This document shows, piece by piece, positions 48,191 through 57,860 of a stretch of 64,000 bases of DNA. The first letter of the stretch is position 1, and every line of letters starts with the position of its first letter. A program made the translations under genes and the position numbers. The stretch covers positions 15,837 through 79,836 of IMG/VR virus record IMGVR_UViG_3300045988_052707. One strand, given 5' to 3'. The notes beneath the pieces are model-generated. The model ran no database searches. It saw only the letters and a program-made list of their open reading frames with translations, and was not told the origin of the DNA. This DNA comes from a virus.

Positions 48191-48997
48191 TTACTTAAAG
48201 ATTATTGCAGACGTGATATTAACGCGGATGTTCTCTTTAGAAGAGATATATTTATTCCACAGGTCAGTCACAACCTTTTGTTTGTCCTGACCACGCACAG
48301 ACAGCAAACGATTACGACCACTCGTATACAACGGAAGTGTGCTTGTAGATACTTTGTTCCAGAAGTCGTCAAGAGTATCTAATTTATGCTTCTTATCAAG
48401 AACAAGATAAGCTGTTACACCACCAATCATAGATGCATGGAGTAATCCTTTAGTGTACTTCTTGTACTTGAGTGCAAGTCCTGTAACCTCATCAAAGGTA
48501 GTTTCATGCTTTCTGTACATGTTCAACAAATCTTGACGAGTCAGACCAGTCCCTCTAAGTCTGTGAAGAGCGCCAGCATCAGCCAAACCTTTCAAGCCCT
48601 TGGTCAAAGCGTAATATTTAGCCACAATGGAAGCTTTCTGGGTAGGATTAGTAATGCCCATGATTCCAAACACATCACCTGCACTTCTTGTTTTACCAGT
48701 ATCTATGGTAGTCCAAGTTTCGTGTTTAACACCTTCTATGAGCACAGTTTGAAATGGAACACCTGCCTGTATGCACGCTGCTAGACGATGATAGCCGTTA
48801 TCAGTAAGACCTTTATCATTTATAATGATTGCCTCACCGTTCAAATGCCATTTACCTTCAGACATTTGAATAGCATACTTGTTGATATTGTCTCTAGAAA
48901 TAGGCCGATTGTGCAAATACTTTGACAATAGTACTTCTGCATCTTTCGGTGTGATTTCTACTACACTGAACTTGAGAGATGATTTTAATGTCTTCAT
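48191..48997 (-). CDS. ParB-like nuclease domain protein
   Basis: N-terminal ParB/Srx-fold motif IIINDKGLTDNGYHRLAACIQAG (xDGxHRxxA). Confidence 0.5.
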   Translation of the reverse strand: MKTLKSSLKFSVVEITPKDAEVLLSKYLHNRPISRDNINKYAIQMSEGKWHLNGEAIIINDKGLTDNGYHRLAACIQAGVPFQTVLIEGVKHETWTTIDTGKTRSAGDVFGIMGITNPTQKASIVAKYYALTKGLKGLADAGALHRLRGTGLTRQDLLNMYRKHETTFDEVTGLALKYKKYTKGLLHASMIGGVTAYLVLDKKHKLDTLDDFWNKVSTSTLPLYTSGRNRLLSVRGQDKQKVVTDLWNKYISSKENIRVNITSAIIFK

Positions 48998-49322
48998 AAT
49001 TAATCTAATGAGTTACCTATACACTCACGAGGTTTTAGTGAAACGTTAATAAAGAACTAATTAGTTTCAGTCTATTGACTTACTTATAGCATCGCTACGT
49101 AAAGGCTTAGTCATGATGCCACTCCCGTCACGGGAGGATAATGAATAAAAATATAATTTCATTAAAAGAATCCACCTTCCTGTGCCACACTCCTTTGCCT
49201 TATCTCACGATAAGACATCTCTCCAGTATTAAAGGAGGATACTGTTTGGTATAAGAGATGCTCTGCATTAGTCTCCGGGCGTACCCATTATGGTGGAAGA
49301 TTATATCATTTCTGTAAAAATA

Positions 49323-49622
49323 TCAAACAATGGTTTTACATTTACGCACCTTTAAGATGAGTTCTTGGTCTTCAGGGTCTTTCTCTAACTGACGTTCCAG
49401 TCCTTTCATGTAATTGGAACGTTCATAGCTAGTAAGACTAAATCCTTGCCAGCTCTCCAGACACCATGCTACATAGAATGGATTAAAGTAACAGACGTCT
49501 TTCACTTTCTGATTCTTGTATTTGCCAATGTTAAAGAATCTCCACACGCTCATTCCTATAGCTGTGGTATATTTATTGTCAACTCTATGACAATCATCGT
49601 ATTTACTCATAACTATGTACAC
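49323..49622 (-). CDS. hypothetical protein
   Basis: 99-aa ORF. Confidence 0.45.
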   Translation of the reverse strand: MYIVMSKYDDCHRVDNKYTTAIGMSVWRFFNIGKYKNQKVKDVCYFNPFYVAWCLESWQGFSLTSYERSNYMKGLERQLEKDPEDQELILKVRKCKTIV

Positions 49623-49880
49623 TTTACCTATTCAGTGTGAGGTTTTGATTAGTGGCTCTTTGTACGCATTACTTGGCAGAGGAGCCATACCAAAACCCAC
49701 AAACAATGTAGGACGCTGTTTAAAACTTAAAGATTAACTTAAATTAAAACTAAAACAATCATAGTGGACTCCTGCTTTAACGCGTGAAGCAGGAACGTCT
49801 TAATTTGGGCATTATGTCCATTTTGCATGTAAAGGATTCTAAGCATTTGCAACTACTTAGAAGAGCTAAACCCTGTGATG

Positions 49881-50198
49881 TTATCGGTGCGAGGAATAGA
49901 TGTCTATAATCTCTTTGTAAAAGTCTCTGCGACCTACGAGATAGTCATCTCCCCAATACTCTACTACCTTCTTAAGACCTTCAATTACTTGATACATAGT
50001 AGCACCATTACTAAAGCATGTCAATAGCTCTAGATGTCCATGTATGTCCTCTTTACACAAATGCATCCATTCGTTGCCAATTGGATTGTAAATGCATAAT
50101 ATGCTGTTAGTCAAAGGTCTAGCCGGACGTAGTTTAATTCCGCTTGGATGAATGTATTCGAATACCATAAATGTGCGCATGGTTAACCTGTACACCAT
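49881..50198 (-). CDS. hypothetical protein
   Basis: 105-aa ORF. Confidence 0.45.
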   Translation of the reverse strand: MVYRLTMRTFMVFEYIHPSGIKLRPARPLTNSILCIYNPIGNEWMHLCKEDIHGHLELLTCFSNGATMYQVIEGLKKVVEYWGDDYLVGRRDFYKEIIDIYSSHR

Positions 50199-50215
50199 GA
50201 GGTTTTAATTGTTAT

Positions 50216-50470
50216 TTACTTCCAGATAAGTTTAGAGCCTTTGGAATATGCTACATAAGATTCATCATTAAGTACTACATATAATGAATCAAAGTCGTCT
50301 TTGCTTTCATTAAATGCATCTTCAATGTCCTTCTTATTGTCAGCTTCCTTGACTATTGTCTCTTCGTCTGGGTCAAAGTTCTCTCCTATTAAAGTGTACC
50401 AAGTACTTGGTAATTTCCCACAAACTGCATCAATTAGAGCATCTGTGAAATCGTCTTCGATGTAGTCCAT
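50216..50470 (-). CDS. hypothetical acidic protein
   Basis: 84-aa ORF. Confidence 0.45.
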   Translation of the reverse strand: MDYIEDDFTDALIDAVCGKLPSTWYTLIGENFDPDEETIVKEADNKKDIEDAFNESKDDFDSLYVVLNDESYVAYSKGSKLIWK

Positions 50471-50867
50471 AAATATATATTATTATTGTCAACTCAAACA
50501 AAAGGTGAGTATGCATATCTATCACAGACCTACATACTCTTAATAATATTCATTTTACACATTCAAACGGTCTGAACTACGTACTTTAGTACTTTATATC
50601 TCGTCCCACTCCAAGTGGAGATTTGTTCAAGCAAATAATAGCCTACTGCTTCCTCAAACAGAGGATTTGTCAGTTTATACATTATACCATTATTTGCATG
50701 AATTGCATCGTTCCGATTACGTCCAAATACAGTTCTTAATTTTGATTTCTTCGCTTTCATTTCACTATTCAGCTAACTACATACTAACAAATATATCTGA
50801 ATAAGCATGATAAAAAGAAAGACACAAATAGACTTTCTAAATGTGCCTTTCAATAAGAAGTACTTTG

Positions 50868-51350
50868 TTATTCCTTGCAATATGCAATAACATTGACGTT
50901 CATTTGTGAACCGTCCCTTGCGACGCTTTCAAACGTTTCTATCGCCTTTGCGGTTACTTCCGTACCTTGTAAATCTGCAAGACATTCCGCTATTGTCTTA
51001 TTTTCAAACATATTGAAAATGCATTTGTCTTTGTCCGCCTCTGGGAGAATGTCAACCGGTGTAATACGCTTGTTGTTTTCACGGTCGTTGAAAGACCGGA
51101 ACAAAGAGTTTATAGATACGTTTCTTGCCACTCCATTGACCTCAACGGCAACTTGAAAGAACGTATTGCCATTTACAACGCCCTTTGTGATTGTTCCGTT
51201 AAATTCGTTAATTTCAGCGGGAAACTTCAATTTGTCGCCTACCTTGATAGAATCAGGATTCACACCTAAACGGTTTAAAGCCGCCGCAATTTCGTTTTTG
51301 CTTGCTTTCGGTAACTTCTTGTTAACTTCTTGTAATTCTGCTAAATTCAT
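50868..51350 (-). CDS. hypothetical protein; locally GC-richer gene
   Basis: 160-aa ORF; visibly higher G+C (many GCG/CCG/CGG codons) than flanking AT-rich genes. Confidence 0.5.
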   Translation of the reverse strand: MNLAELQEVNKKLPKASKNEIAAALNRLGVNPDSIKVGDKLKFPAEINEFNGTITKGVVNGNTFFQVAVEVNGVARNVSINSLFRSFNDRENNKRITPVDILPEADKDKCIFNMFENKTIAECLADLQGTEVTAKAIETFESVARDGSQMNVNVIAYCKE

Positions 51351-51589
51351 AGTTTAATAATTTATTAGTGAAACAATATAGAACGGACTTATTTGCCCGT
51401 TCTGATTAGCTTTTAAATTAGATTTGCTTTAATTTCTTCACATTCTTCACGTGTGATTATACAACGCGTAGCATTAACTAAAACATAACCGTTTGAAAGA
51501 TAAGTAAACATAACTCTAATAATTTTAAAATGAATATTATAAAGCAAAACCAAATGATATAAATCTTTTGATTTTCTCCAAACATGGGT

Positions 51590-51876
51590 GAGGGGTGTGA
51601 GGGGTAACACGACTGTCGTATCCGCAATATACACAAATCTTGCAATATTCACCCAGCATCCGAGTTGGCAATATATAATATGACAACCCACCCCGGGAGT
51701 GGGAGGGGTGTGATTTTGAGCACCCGTACTTGTAAGTTGGCAATATATATTAATTTCTATTCATCTTACTAATTGCAAGCAAGCCCCGAAGGGGCGCAGA
51801 TTGCCACAGCACGTCATGAAGTTCCGAGTTGGCAATATACTTAATATTAACTGTGAATTTGAGTTGGCAATATATA
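51590..51876 (+). promoter_or_regulatory. divergent regulatory hub: 4 direct copies of (G)AGTTGGCAATATA (51662, 51735, 51826, 51861) plus partial GCAATAT copies, G-tract runs and GC-rich hairpins
   Basis: Read directly; hairpins CACCCC-gggagtggga-GGGGTG (51690-51712) and GCCCC-gaa-GGGGC (51783-51795); G-tracts GGGTGAGGGGTGTGAGGGG (51592-51610). Confidence 0.6.
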
Positions 51877-51929
51877 ATATATATTAATAATTATATTACC
51901 ATTTGGTAATATTGAAATATATAACTAAT

Positions 51930-51962
51930 TTTGTATTGTCAAATTAAATAGTAATATATTTG
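51930..51962 (+). promoter_or_regulatory. Bacteroidetes-type promoter candidate (−33 TTTG, 21-nt spacer, −7 TATATTTG) upstream of plus-strand block
   Basis: ttTTTGtattgtcaaattaaatagtaaTATATTTGcgaac about 45 nt upstream of ATG at 52007. Confidence 0.4.
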
Positions 51963-52006
51963 CGAACTTAAATCGCAGAATTTAATAACAATTAAAATTT
52001 ATAACA

Positions 52007-52261
52007 ATGGCTAAAGAAGTTAAAGACTTAACAAGTAAAGAAGTAGATGAAGTAAAAATATTAAAGACTAGTTTGTCAGAATGTCCAGTAAATACTGATT
52101 TAGGATGTAATGAATCAAAGGCAACTAACTGGGTGAAGTTAGACAATAAAACAACAGATGTAAAATTAGAATTATTAAATAAATTGCAAGACGGACTAGC
52201 TAATGGAGCTGGTATTGAATATTTAATGCAACTATCTTGCATTTATAATAACATTCGCTAA
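52007..52261 (+). CDS. hypothetical small protein (first gene of plus-strand cassette)
   Basis: 84-aa ORF. Confidence 0.5.
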   Translation: MAKEVKDLTSKEVDEVKILKTSLSECPVNTDLGCNESKATNWVKLDNKTTDVKLELLNKLQDGLANGAGIEYLMQLSCIYNNIR

Positions 52262-52263
52262 TA

Positions 52264-52638
52264 ATGAGACATATTGATAGAATTAATAAGCAGTATGAAG
52301 AGAAGGAAGTTAAATTGCTATACGATAAAGCTGTAGCATTAATGAATCTTCTTAGTGATGAGGAATATGAACAAGTAATTACAGATAATGCAGATATATT
52401 TAAATTAGCATCTCATCCCGAGAAGGGTGAGTTCTATTTGCAAGATAAGCACAACTTAGTCCAGATTGTAGATATATTTAGTAAATTTATCAAAACTAAA
52501 GGTCTATCTAAGGACGAATTTAAAATAATGACTCTAGATGAAGTTAAAGAGTATATGGTTGATGTTATTAATGATATCACATCATTCGAACCAGATGAGC
52601 TATTCACGATAGTAAAGAACTTAGAGAAACTTCAATGA
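52264..52638 (+). CDS. hypothetical protein
   Basis: 124-aa ORF starting 2 nt after previous stop. Confidence 0.5.
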   Translation: MRHIDRINKQYEEKEVKLLYDKAVALMNLLSDEEYEQVITDNADIFKLASHPEKGEFYLQDKHNLVQIVDIFSKFIKTKGLSKDEFKIMTLDEVKEYMVDVINDITSFEPDELFTIVKNLEKLQ

Positions 52639-52946
52639 AACTAGAACAGATACCAGGTGATTATGATAATGTAGACCAGAGAGCTCTAGAATTATTAGAG
52701 ACTAATGACTATAAATTAGCAGAGTATATGAGGGACTATATAAAGGAATTATATGCTAACATACATATGAGAGACTTCTATATTAGAAACCTTAAGGATG
52801 AAATACTTCATACACTCAAACATAGAGACTCTATAAGTGGTGAGGAGCTACTACAAATACTAAATAAGGTAGCTCCATGGGATATGGAATATGATGGCAG
52901 ATGGCAAACTAGAGACTATTTAGCAAGAGCAAAGGCTAATCAATGA
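52635..52946 (+). CDS. hypothetical protein
   Basis: 103-aa ORF, ATGA start/stop overlap. Confidence 0.5.
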   Translation: MKLEQIPGDYDNVDQRALELLETNDYKLAEYMRDYIKELYANIHMRDFYIRNLKDEILHTLKHRDSISGEELLQILNKVAPWDMEYDGRWQTRDYLARAKANQ

Positions 52947-53016
52947 TAACACAAGAAGTAGAATTAGTAGAAGAAGCATTATATAGGAATGCGTACATAT
53001 ATCCAGGCTGGAAGTA

Positions 53017-53286
53017 TTGCCTACCTGGATTACTAAAGACAATATATTTATGACAGGAGAAGAAATTATAGTAACATTTAAAGAGCCTTGGTATAATGAT
53101 TATACCAGACGATTATACACTCAATTATCTGAACAAATGATTAGAGAAGAGATTGAGAGAGTGCGTAAAGAACCAATCATTACTAATACTGCATTTGATA
53201 TAGCAGTAGACAAGGCTTTCTTAGAGTTACTGCATGACAACAAGGATTTAATTAATATTACAGAACGATACAAGAACCATGAGTAA
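53017..53286 (+). CDS. hypothetical protein
   Basis: 89-aa ORF. Confidence 0.5.
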   Translation: MPTWITKDNIFMTGEEIIVTFKEPWYNDYTRRLYTQLSEQMIREEIERVRKEPIITNTAFDIAVDKAFLELLHDNKDLINITERYKNHE

Positions 53287-53925
53287 AATAGCAACAGAAT
53301 TAGAAGCTAAGACTATGGGGGGGGGACTCTCTCGGTAATTGATAATAAGTGCTGTACTAAAGCTAGAGCACTTGAATTAGGATGTCAGATTAAAAGTGGA
53401 TTTAGTTATACTGATAATCAGTTAGTAGAGTTAGAAGGTATAGAGGCAGCTATAACTGCTCCAAATGTAATCCTTCATTATGGTTGGCAGGATATGCCAA
53501 TTAATAATATACAGCAATTTAGAGTACGTTTCTCATTTGTTAATGAGAGTTCAGTGAATGGAGAGCCGTTTAAGTATTCTGATAATACTACTTACTTTAC
53601 AATTACTCCAAGATTAGAGCAGGGAGAACAAACATATACTAAAACTCTGGCAAATCCTCTTAAATATTACTTAGAGAAACTAGCACTTCCTAACCAAGAC
53701 CCATATAATACACCTGTTTGGATACGTTTTGAGGGATATATGATGCTTAGGCAAGTGTCTCAAATTACATTAGCAGTAGATTCTCAATCTGAGAATTGGG
53801 CAGAAGGAGTAACATTCCCTTCATCTGGAAGGTGGGTCAAAATGAATAATTCTGGTAGAGTATTTAGATTTACTGGTGGGGAAATAGACCTAAACATAGA
53901 ACTGTATACAGCGTCAGCGCAATGA
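53279..53925 (+). CDS. hypothetical protein interrupted by a G9 tract (53317-53325): N-terminal MSKIATELEAKTMGGG in one frame, remaining ~200 aa in the -1 frame
   Basis: ATG at 53279 overlaps previous stop (ATGAGTAA); frame of ORF 53494..53925 is open and protein-like back to the G-run (DYGGGTLSVIDNKCCTKARALELGCQIKSGF...) with no start codon; one extra G would fuse the frames. Confidence 0.45.
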
Positions 53926-54119
53926 TTAAAGTAACTGATAATAAAGAAGTAAAGGAAACAGTCCTAGCAGGACTTAAAAGGAATAAAGAGAAGTATGGTA
54001 AGAAGTATTGTCCATGCTCTTTAGTAAGAGATGAAGATACAGTATGTATGTGTAAAGAGTTTAGGGAAATGGAAGAAGGGACTTGCCATTGCCAACTTTA
54101 TGTTAAAACTAAAGACTAA
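53922..54119 (+). CDS. small Cys4 zinc-binding protein
   Basis: CPCSLVRDEDTVCMC...CHCQ. Confidence 0.45.
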   Translation: MIKVTDNKEVKETVLAGLKRNKEKYGKKYCPCSLVRDEDTVCMCKEFREMEEGTCHCQLYVKTKD

Positions 54120-54125
54120 TAATTA

Positions 54126-54284
54126 TGGATGAATTAAAGAACCAATTAGCACAGTATTTATGTAGCCAAATTCATAATGGTACTAAAGATTTGATTGAAT
54201 TAATTGAATCGGAAGACCTTATTAATGAACAGTGGTATAAGAACTGGAAGGAAGAGATGAGAATCTTACTACAGGAGAAGTAAT
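54126..54284 (+). CDS. small hypothetical protein (not in ORF track)
   Basis: MDELKNQLAQYLCSQIHNGTKDLIELIESEDLINEQWYKNWKEEMRILLQEK. Confidence 0.35.
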
Positions 54285-54285
54285 T

Positions 54286-54525
54286 ATGATAATACTTAGT
54301 GGAAATTGTCCTAGGCATCATAATGCCATTATGTTGGAACTTACAGACTTTGACGACAGTAAAATTTCCTATCTAGCTAGAATATCTAGAGGACATCATG
54401 TTGACACTCTATTAGTTCCGAGAGAATATAAAGATACATTTGAATCTACAGAACTACACAAGATGTTGCTACCTAATATTAGCATAGGTGATATACAATT
54501 TGCTAAAATATATTATTATGATTGA
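54286..54525 (+). CDS. hypothetical protein
   Basis: 79-aa ORF. Confidence 0.45.
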   Translation: MIILSGNCPRHHNAIMLELTDFDDSKISYLARISRGHHVDTLLVPREYKDTFESTELHKMLLPNISIGDIQFAKIYYYD

Positions 54526-54748
54526 TGTTAGAAGGACATTAGAGAATTTACATCAGATACTTCCAAACTTATCAATAGAGGACTTATTTAGAGTTCTTGA
54601 TAATATAGTAGAAGTTCCACAATTCAACATAGGACAGACAACTACTATACGTAGAGATGATAGTGGCTGGAGACCATATGATCCAGGTACATTTATATCT
54701 TATGCTAGTAATGGAATAACACTTAGTGATGAAGGAACTTGTAAATAA
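54488..54748 (+). CDS. hypothetical protein
   Basis: 86-aa ORF overlapping previous by 38 nt. Confidence 0.4.
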   Translation: MIYNLLKYIIMIDVRRTLENLHQILPNLSIEDLFRVLDNIVEVPQFNIGQTTTIRRDDSGWRPYDPGTFISYASNGITLSDEGTCK

Positions 54749-54935
54749 CTGGAATGAGAAGCATCCCGAATACGTATTGGTACACGGGATGTATTCTTAT
54801 GTAGACAATGGACAATCTAAGGATATGCACATGCTTACTATCTTTAATAAGGATAATGAATGTGTATGTGAATATAAAGGAGAAGATTTTATTAAATTAT
54901 ATAATACATTAGAAGAAGAATGGGAAGATGCTTAA
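54726..54935 (+). CDS. hypothetical protein
   Basis: 69-aa ORF. Confidence 0.4.
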   Translation: MMKELVNNWNEKHPEYVLVHGMYSYVDNGQSKDMHMLTIFNKDNECVCEYKGEDFIKLYNTLEEEWEDA

Positions 54936-54959
54936 TGTTAATATAATAGTAAGTGAATT

Positions 54960-55245
54960 ATGGAGAATAAATTAAACGTACCAAAGCTGGAATATAAAAC
55001 AGGAGAGCCTATGTGGGTTCATTGGGATAATAGATACGTATTGCGTGGAGGACATATACTAGGAAAATGCCCCAGATGAGAATTTGATAACCACAGTGGG
55101 CTACTTGGCATATATGGACGACAAATCAATAATATTGGGAAGAGGTATTGAGAATCATTGTGATGAGGACGGTACTCGCAGAGTAAAAGATACAATACAC
55201 ATACCAATGAGCTTAGTAGCTAGTTTTGGAAGTTTTGATTGATGA
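54960..55245 (+). CDS. small gene(s) split across two frames (MENKLNVPKLEYKTGEPMWVHWDNRYVLRGGHILGKCPR* then ...MDDKSIILGRGIENHCDEDGTRRVKDTIHIPMSLVASFGSFD*)
   Basis: Two ~40-aa plus-strand ORFs in adjacent frames not reported in ORF track; junction at gaaaatgccccagatga. Confidence 0.3.
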
Positions 55246-55248
55246 ACT

Positions 55249-56103
55249 ATGACAAATGAGGAGTATAATAAATGGCTAATCCTTTACTTTGATATGCAAT
55301 CTATAAACTTACAGTTCAATTGTAATGATATAGCATCATCACTAAAGGCACAAAGAGATAAGATAAAACAATTCTGTATTGACTGTCTAACAGGAGTAAA
55401 ACATCAGGCTGACAGCTTTCTATTTGACACAAATGCTTGCATATTCTCTACTTCTGAAACTAGAGAGCTATTGTTCTCGCATGAAGAATATCTCATTCTT
55501 GAGGCTGATACTACTAAAGTAGTTGACGGAAAGTATCCCTTAGACTACGCTAATGAAATAGTAGAATCTAATTTGGACACTATTATTGACTATATAGTAC
55601 AGTCAGGAACAGAAACATACAATGATAGAACCAGTAGAGGATTTGGGAATAGGTGGAGTCCTTATAATGAGGAGGAACGTAAACAAGTAATTAAACTGTT
55701 TAACTCTGGAACTTGGTATGATACACTTGGGTCCTTAAAGCATTTATATTATGAAAGAACCCCCAAAGGTTTAAGAATGTGTAACCTGACTGGCAAACCC
55801 TTACAAGCCAATGTTCTAGAACATATAGAAGATATTATTTTAAATATAAAAGACCGTTATGAAACATTTGCCGTTGTTCCTAGAGGTAAATCTAAATTAC
55901 AAGTTTATATGACAATTAGCAATGGAACAAATGGGGCTGAAGGATGTATTATTAATTCTATGGAAGATGTTCTAAATGTGCTTAAAAACTTAAGGAAATG
56001 CAAAGGAGTAACTTGGTCACAGCTACTGGAAGTTGGGATAGATAATGCAGATGATTTATATTGGTGGTATGTAACATTCTCAATAGACACAACAGCTATA
56101 TGA
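55249..56103 (+). CDS. hypothetical protein (284 aa)
   Basis: Largest ORF of plus-strand cassette. Confidence 0.55.
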   Translation: MTNEEYNKWLILYFDMQSINLQFNCNDIASSLKAQRDKIKQFCIDCLTGVKHQADSFLFDTNACIFSTSETRELLFSHEEYLILEADTTKVVDGKYPLDYANEIVESNLDTIIDYIVQSGTETYNDRTSRGFGNRWSPYNEEERKQVIKLFNSGTWYDTLGSLKHLYYERTPKGLRMCNLTGKPLQANVLEHIEDIILNIKDRYETFAVVPRGKSKLQVYMTISNGTNGAEGCIINSMEDVLNVLKNLRKCKGVTWSQLLEVGIDNADDLYWWYVTFSIDTTAI

Positions 56104-56345
56104 CTAATGAACAATTAAATCAATACTATAGTAAGGATGCAGATAAGAAGCAGTGTTGGGTAAGTAAAGACCATAACTGTCCATTAAAGGAACAATGTAA
56201 TGGACTTGTTAAGCCAGAATGTAAAGAGCATATAGACAATGAAGACGCCTGCCATGCTATTGATAAGATGATAGAATGGTATTACCAAGTAGAAGAACCT
56301 GAATTTCTAAAGTTCTATAATTGTCACTTAGAGATGATTAAGTAA
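56061..56345 (+). CDS. Cys-rich small protein
   Basis: CWVSKDHNCPLKEQCNGLVKPECKEH...DACH. Confidence 0.45.
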   Translation: MVVCNILNRHNSYMTNEQLNQYYSKDADKKQCWVSKDHNCPLKEQCNGLVKPECKEHIDNEDACHAIDKMIEWYYQVEEPEFLKFYNCHLEMIK

Positions 56346-56365
56346 CTTTACATACTAAATAAAAG

Positions 56366-56391
56366 AAGCAACCCGTTTTACATCTGGGTTG
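56366..56391 (-). terminator. hairpin GCAACCC-N11-GGGTTGC followed by T-rich tract on minus strand (terminator for leftward transcripts)
   Basis: Minus strand reads GCAACCCAGATGTAAAACGGGTTGC then TTCTTTTATTTAG. Confidence 0.5.
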
Positions 56392-56509
56392 CCAGTAGAT
56401 GCTAGGCACAAAGCCTAAGATAGTTTTTTACATCTTCGTCTTGGTGGTCTACGCCAGTGTGCTCTGATGTATTCCCACTTACCGAGACGGAATCTCATTA
56501 TAAACAACA

Positions 56510-56552
56510 AAGCCCGAACTTAGTTTAATTACTAGGCTCGGGCTTTATTATA
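56510..56552 (+). terminator. hairpin AAGCCCGA-N20-TCGGGCTT followed by TTATTAT (terminator for plus-strand cassette)
   Basis: 8-bp GC-rich stem then T-rich run at the convergent gene junction. Confidence 0.5.
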
Positions 56553-56560
56553 TCAACCTG

Positions 56561-57645
56561 TTATGTATTAATTTTAATTACTTGTCTAGAATAGTCAGGC
56601 AAGTCAAGTATTTTATTACTTTGGTCAAATGTAGAAGCTGTATTCTGCAATAGGAGTCTTTTAGTTCCATTCGAACCAATTGCATACCAATTTGAATCTA
56701 CATATATTAAATCAGTAAGAGTATATTCACCTAGTGTAGATGTAGTCCAATTATTACCCCTATCTGTAGACACACTCTTCATATTATTTCCTATAAGCAT
56801 AAATGTATTAGTCCCAGCTTCATTTGCATACAAACCTTTAGTCAAAGCAGTTAGTTGTGGTCTAGTGGTTGCAGCAGTCCATTGAGTTCCAGTTGGGTTA
56901 GTACTAACGTATGTATAATTACTAGTAGTGCTATATACTACACTTTTTGGCGAAGAATGAAACCCTTGTATTACTGCACTTGGTGTAAACATTCCTGGAG
57001 TATAATAAGTAAGAGAATCTGGTACAGATGTAGCCAAGAAGGTATATATTCTAGCTCCTCCCTGATATGATGTCCCAACACAGCAGTAATCATAAGGCCC
57101 AGTTGATATGCTACTGACTGGACCTACAACACTACGCTCCTTTACTGTACCGTCATCATACACTATAATAACATAGTTCTTACCGTCTCCTCCTGCTCCC
57201 TTATAAAATACCCAGCCAGTAGAGAACCTAGCCAAGTAAGCATAACCATAAGCTCTTACAGTATCTTTGTATTTTAATTCCCACTGTTTGGTAGACTGAT
57301 TAACTACATACAATCCTCCAAGTATAGACAATGCTCCAATTGCTTCACCTCCTCCAGCTATGTATATAAAATCCTCATGGCCGTCTATAGCTGGAATTTG
57401 AGCATAGGTACCATCGCCAGCAAAGTATAAACTACCTGTCTCCGCATTAATAAGGAATAAGTCTTTATTTACAACTATATCTTCTTCTTTAACTAGTTGA
57501 TTCGGTTGGTAGTTACTAGATGCAACTATATCACCCCAGAGACCGATTATGGTTTGGTAATGAGGACAATACCCCCCCCCCTTCCCGTAATTATTGACAT
57601 TCCAGTCAATTCATTCAGTTTGTCTTGTGTTACTATTTTACTCAT
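56561..57645 (-). CDS. tail-fibre/receptor-binding-like protein (S/T/G/Y/N-rich) interrupted near its 5' end by a C10 (G10 on coding strand) tract at 57572-57581
   Basis: ATG at 57645 gives MSKIVTQDKLNELTGMSIITGRGGG then stop; downstream frame is open and protein-like for ~100 codons before its first possible start (TTG at 57331); one extra G would restore a continuous ~360-aa ORF. Confidence 0.5.
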
Positions 57646-57860
57646 TATTATATTTAGATTTGATGTTAATCATACAAGACTAATACATCATGTTAAGATT
57701 AATTATCTACTTGCTATATTAATAATAATCTGTATATTTGTGATATGTTTAACCATTAAATTATAAGATTATGCCATTAGTAACAATTCCACTCCGATTA
57801 TTTGGTAAATCTCTCTCTCTAGCCTTAGCTGCTTTCTCTGCCTTACCTGGTATAGAATGA

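Noticed and set aside
51590-51876. Possibility that the four direct repeats are a CRISPR array
   Set aside because: The 14-nt repeats are too short, irregularly spaced (73/91/35 nt) and embedded in a promoter-like region with no cas genes. That fits iterons or promoter elements, not CRISPR.
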